DNA from: Phoronis australis
Taxonomy: Eukaryota; Animalia; Phoronida
Direction: 5' to 3'
DNA length: 49,357 bases
Assembly (NCBI GenBank): GCA_002633005.1
Contig: NMRA01000382.1
Location: 384,899-434,255, forward strand
How positions within the stretch are numbered: the first letter of the stretch is position 1; each line of letters opens with the position of its first letter. The position numbers were made by a program, and so were the translations under genes. The notes below the pieces were generated by a model that did no database searches, was not told the DNA's origin, and worked only from the letters and a program-made list of their open reading frames with translations. Shown here one piece after another: positions 48,711 through 49,357 of this stretch.

Positions 48711-49357
48711 TTCACATTGACGTGTGCGACAGTCCAAGTAATGGAAATACCAGATAGCCCATCACGCAAAAAGCACCACTTTTCAATGCAGTTGTCCTTA
48801 CACAAGCTCCGCCCACGAAATCATGCGATCAGAATCACTTGTAAACAAACTCACGTGTATTTTTAATCAGTGTCAAAGATATTAATCATAGCACATCGTT
48901 ACTTATATGTGGGACTGGTTTTTAATTAAGTTTCTATTTGTGTTTCATGACTATTTTTACTTTTCTTAGTAATACAGTCCATGCATCTGGTTAAAGAAAG
49001 GACACGCAATGCTGGTCACGTGCCATCCAGATGAATGCAATTCACGCCTCACACGCGTTCCACAACTGAAAAAAACACTGTAATGTGTGTAAGATACTTC
49101 ACGTTTGTTTTCTCCGGGTGGCTCATGGTCACGTGTATATTCAAGGCTGAACAGACTGAATGTAATTTGCATATGACCTGACCCTCATTTCAGTATAAGT
49201 GTTGTGCGCTGACTCGATTTACTGACATTGTGGCAGTGCATATTTGGCGTCAGTGAGGAGAGCCAGGGAGCGGCAGTATTGAGAAATGAAACAGAGAAGA
49301 ACTGTGAAAATGTCAATGAGAAATGTTTCACGTCTCTCAATAAAGCACTTTTAAAAG

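Noticed and set aside
1-49357. Prokaryotic systems (CRISPR arrays, operons, defence islands), rRNA or intact tRNA genes
   Set aside because: The spliceosomal intron structure and transposon content are eukaryotic. No repeat-spacer array or complete RNA gene was seen.

Overview
AT-rich, intron-rich animal genomic DNA, probably a marine invertebrate (inferred from the repeat landscape), with one assembly gap at 7936-8127. It holds (1) the last two coding exons of the spliceosomal cyclophilin PPIL1 (949-1017, 2953-3173, +). It also holds (2) a 28-kb gene (12685-40764, +) that the ORF track shows only as unconnected fragments: a signal-peptide exon plus eight ~105-aa cysteine-rich domain exons, all joined by phase-2 GT-AG introns. 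These splice in frame to 2706 nt, i.e. a 901-aa secreted protein with 66 Cys and almost no inter-domain linkers. I cannot assign this protein to a named family with confidence, and it is the main finding. There are also (3) many DNA transposon derivatives: TTAA-flanked Kolobok elements (one with ~160-bp TIRs, a THAP transposase N-terminus and an antisense KolX/P2X7-C-terminus-like ORF), MITEs with 5-bp target duplications, a MITE carrying a tRNA-like Pol III promoter, THAP relics and tandem repeats. The palindrome TACATGTA is strongly over-represented. All alignments and counts were done by eye.
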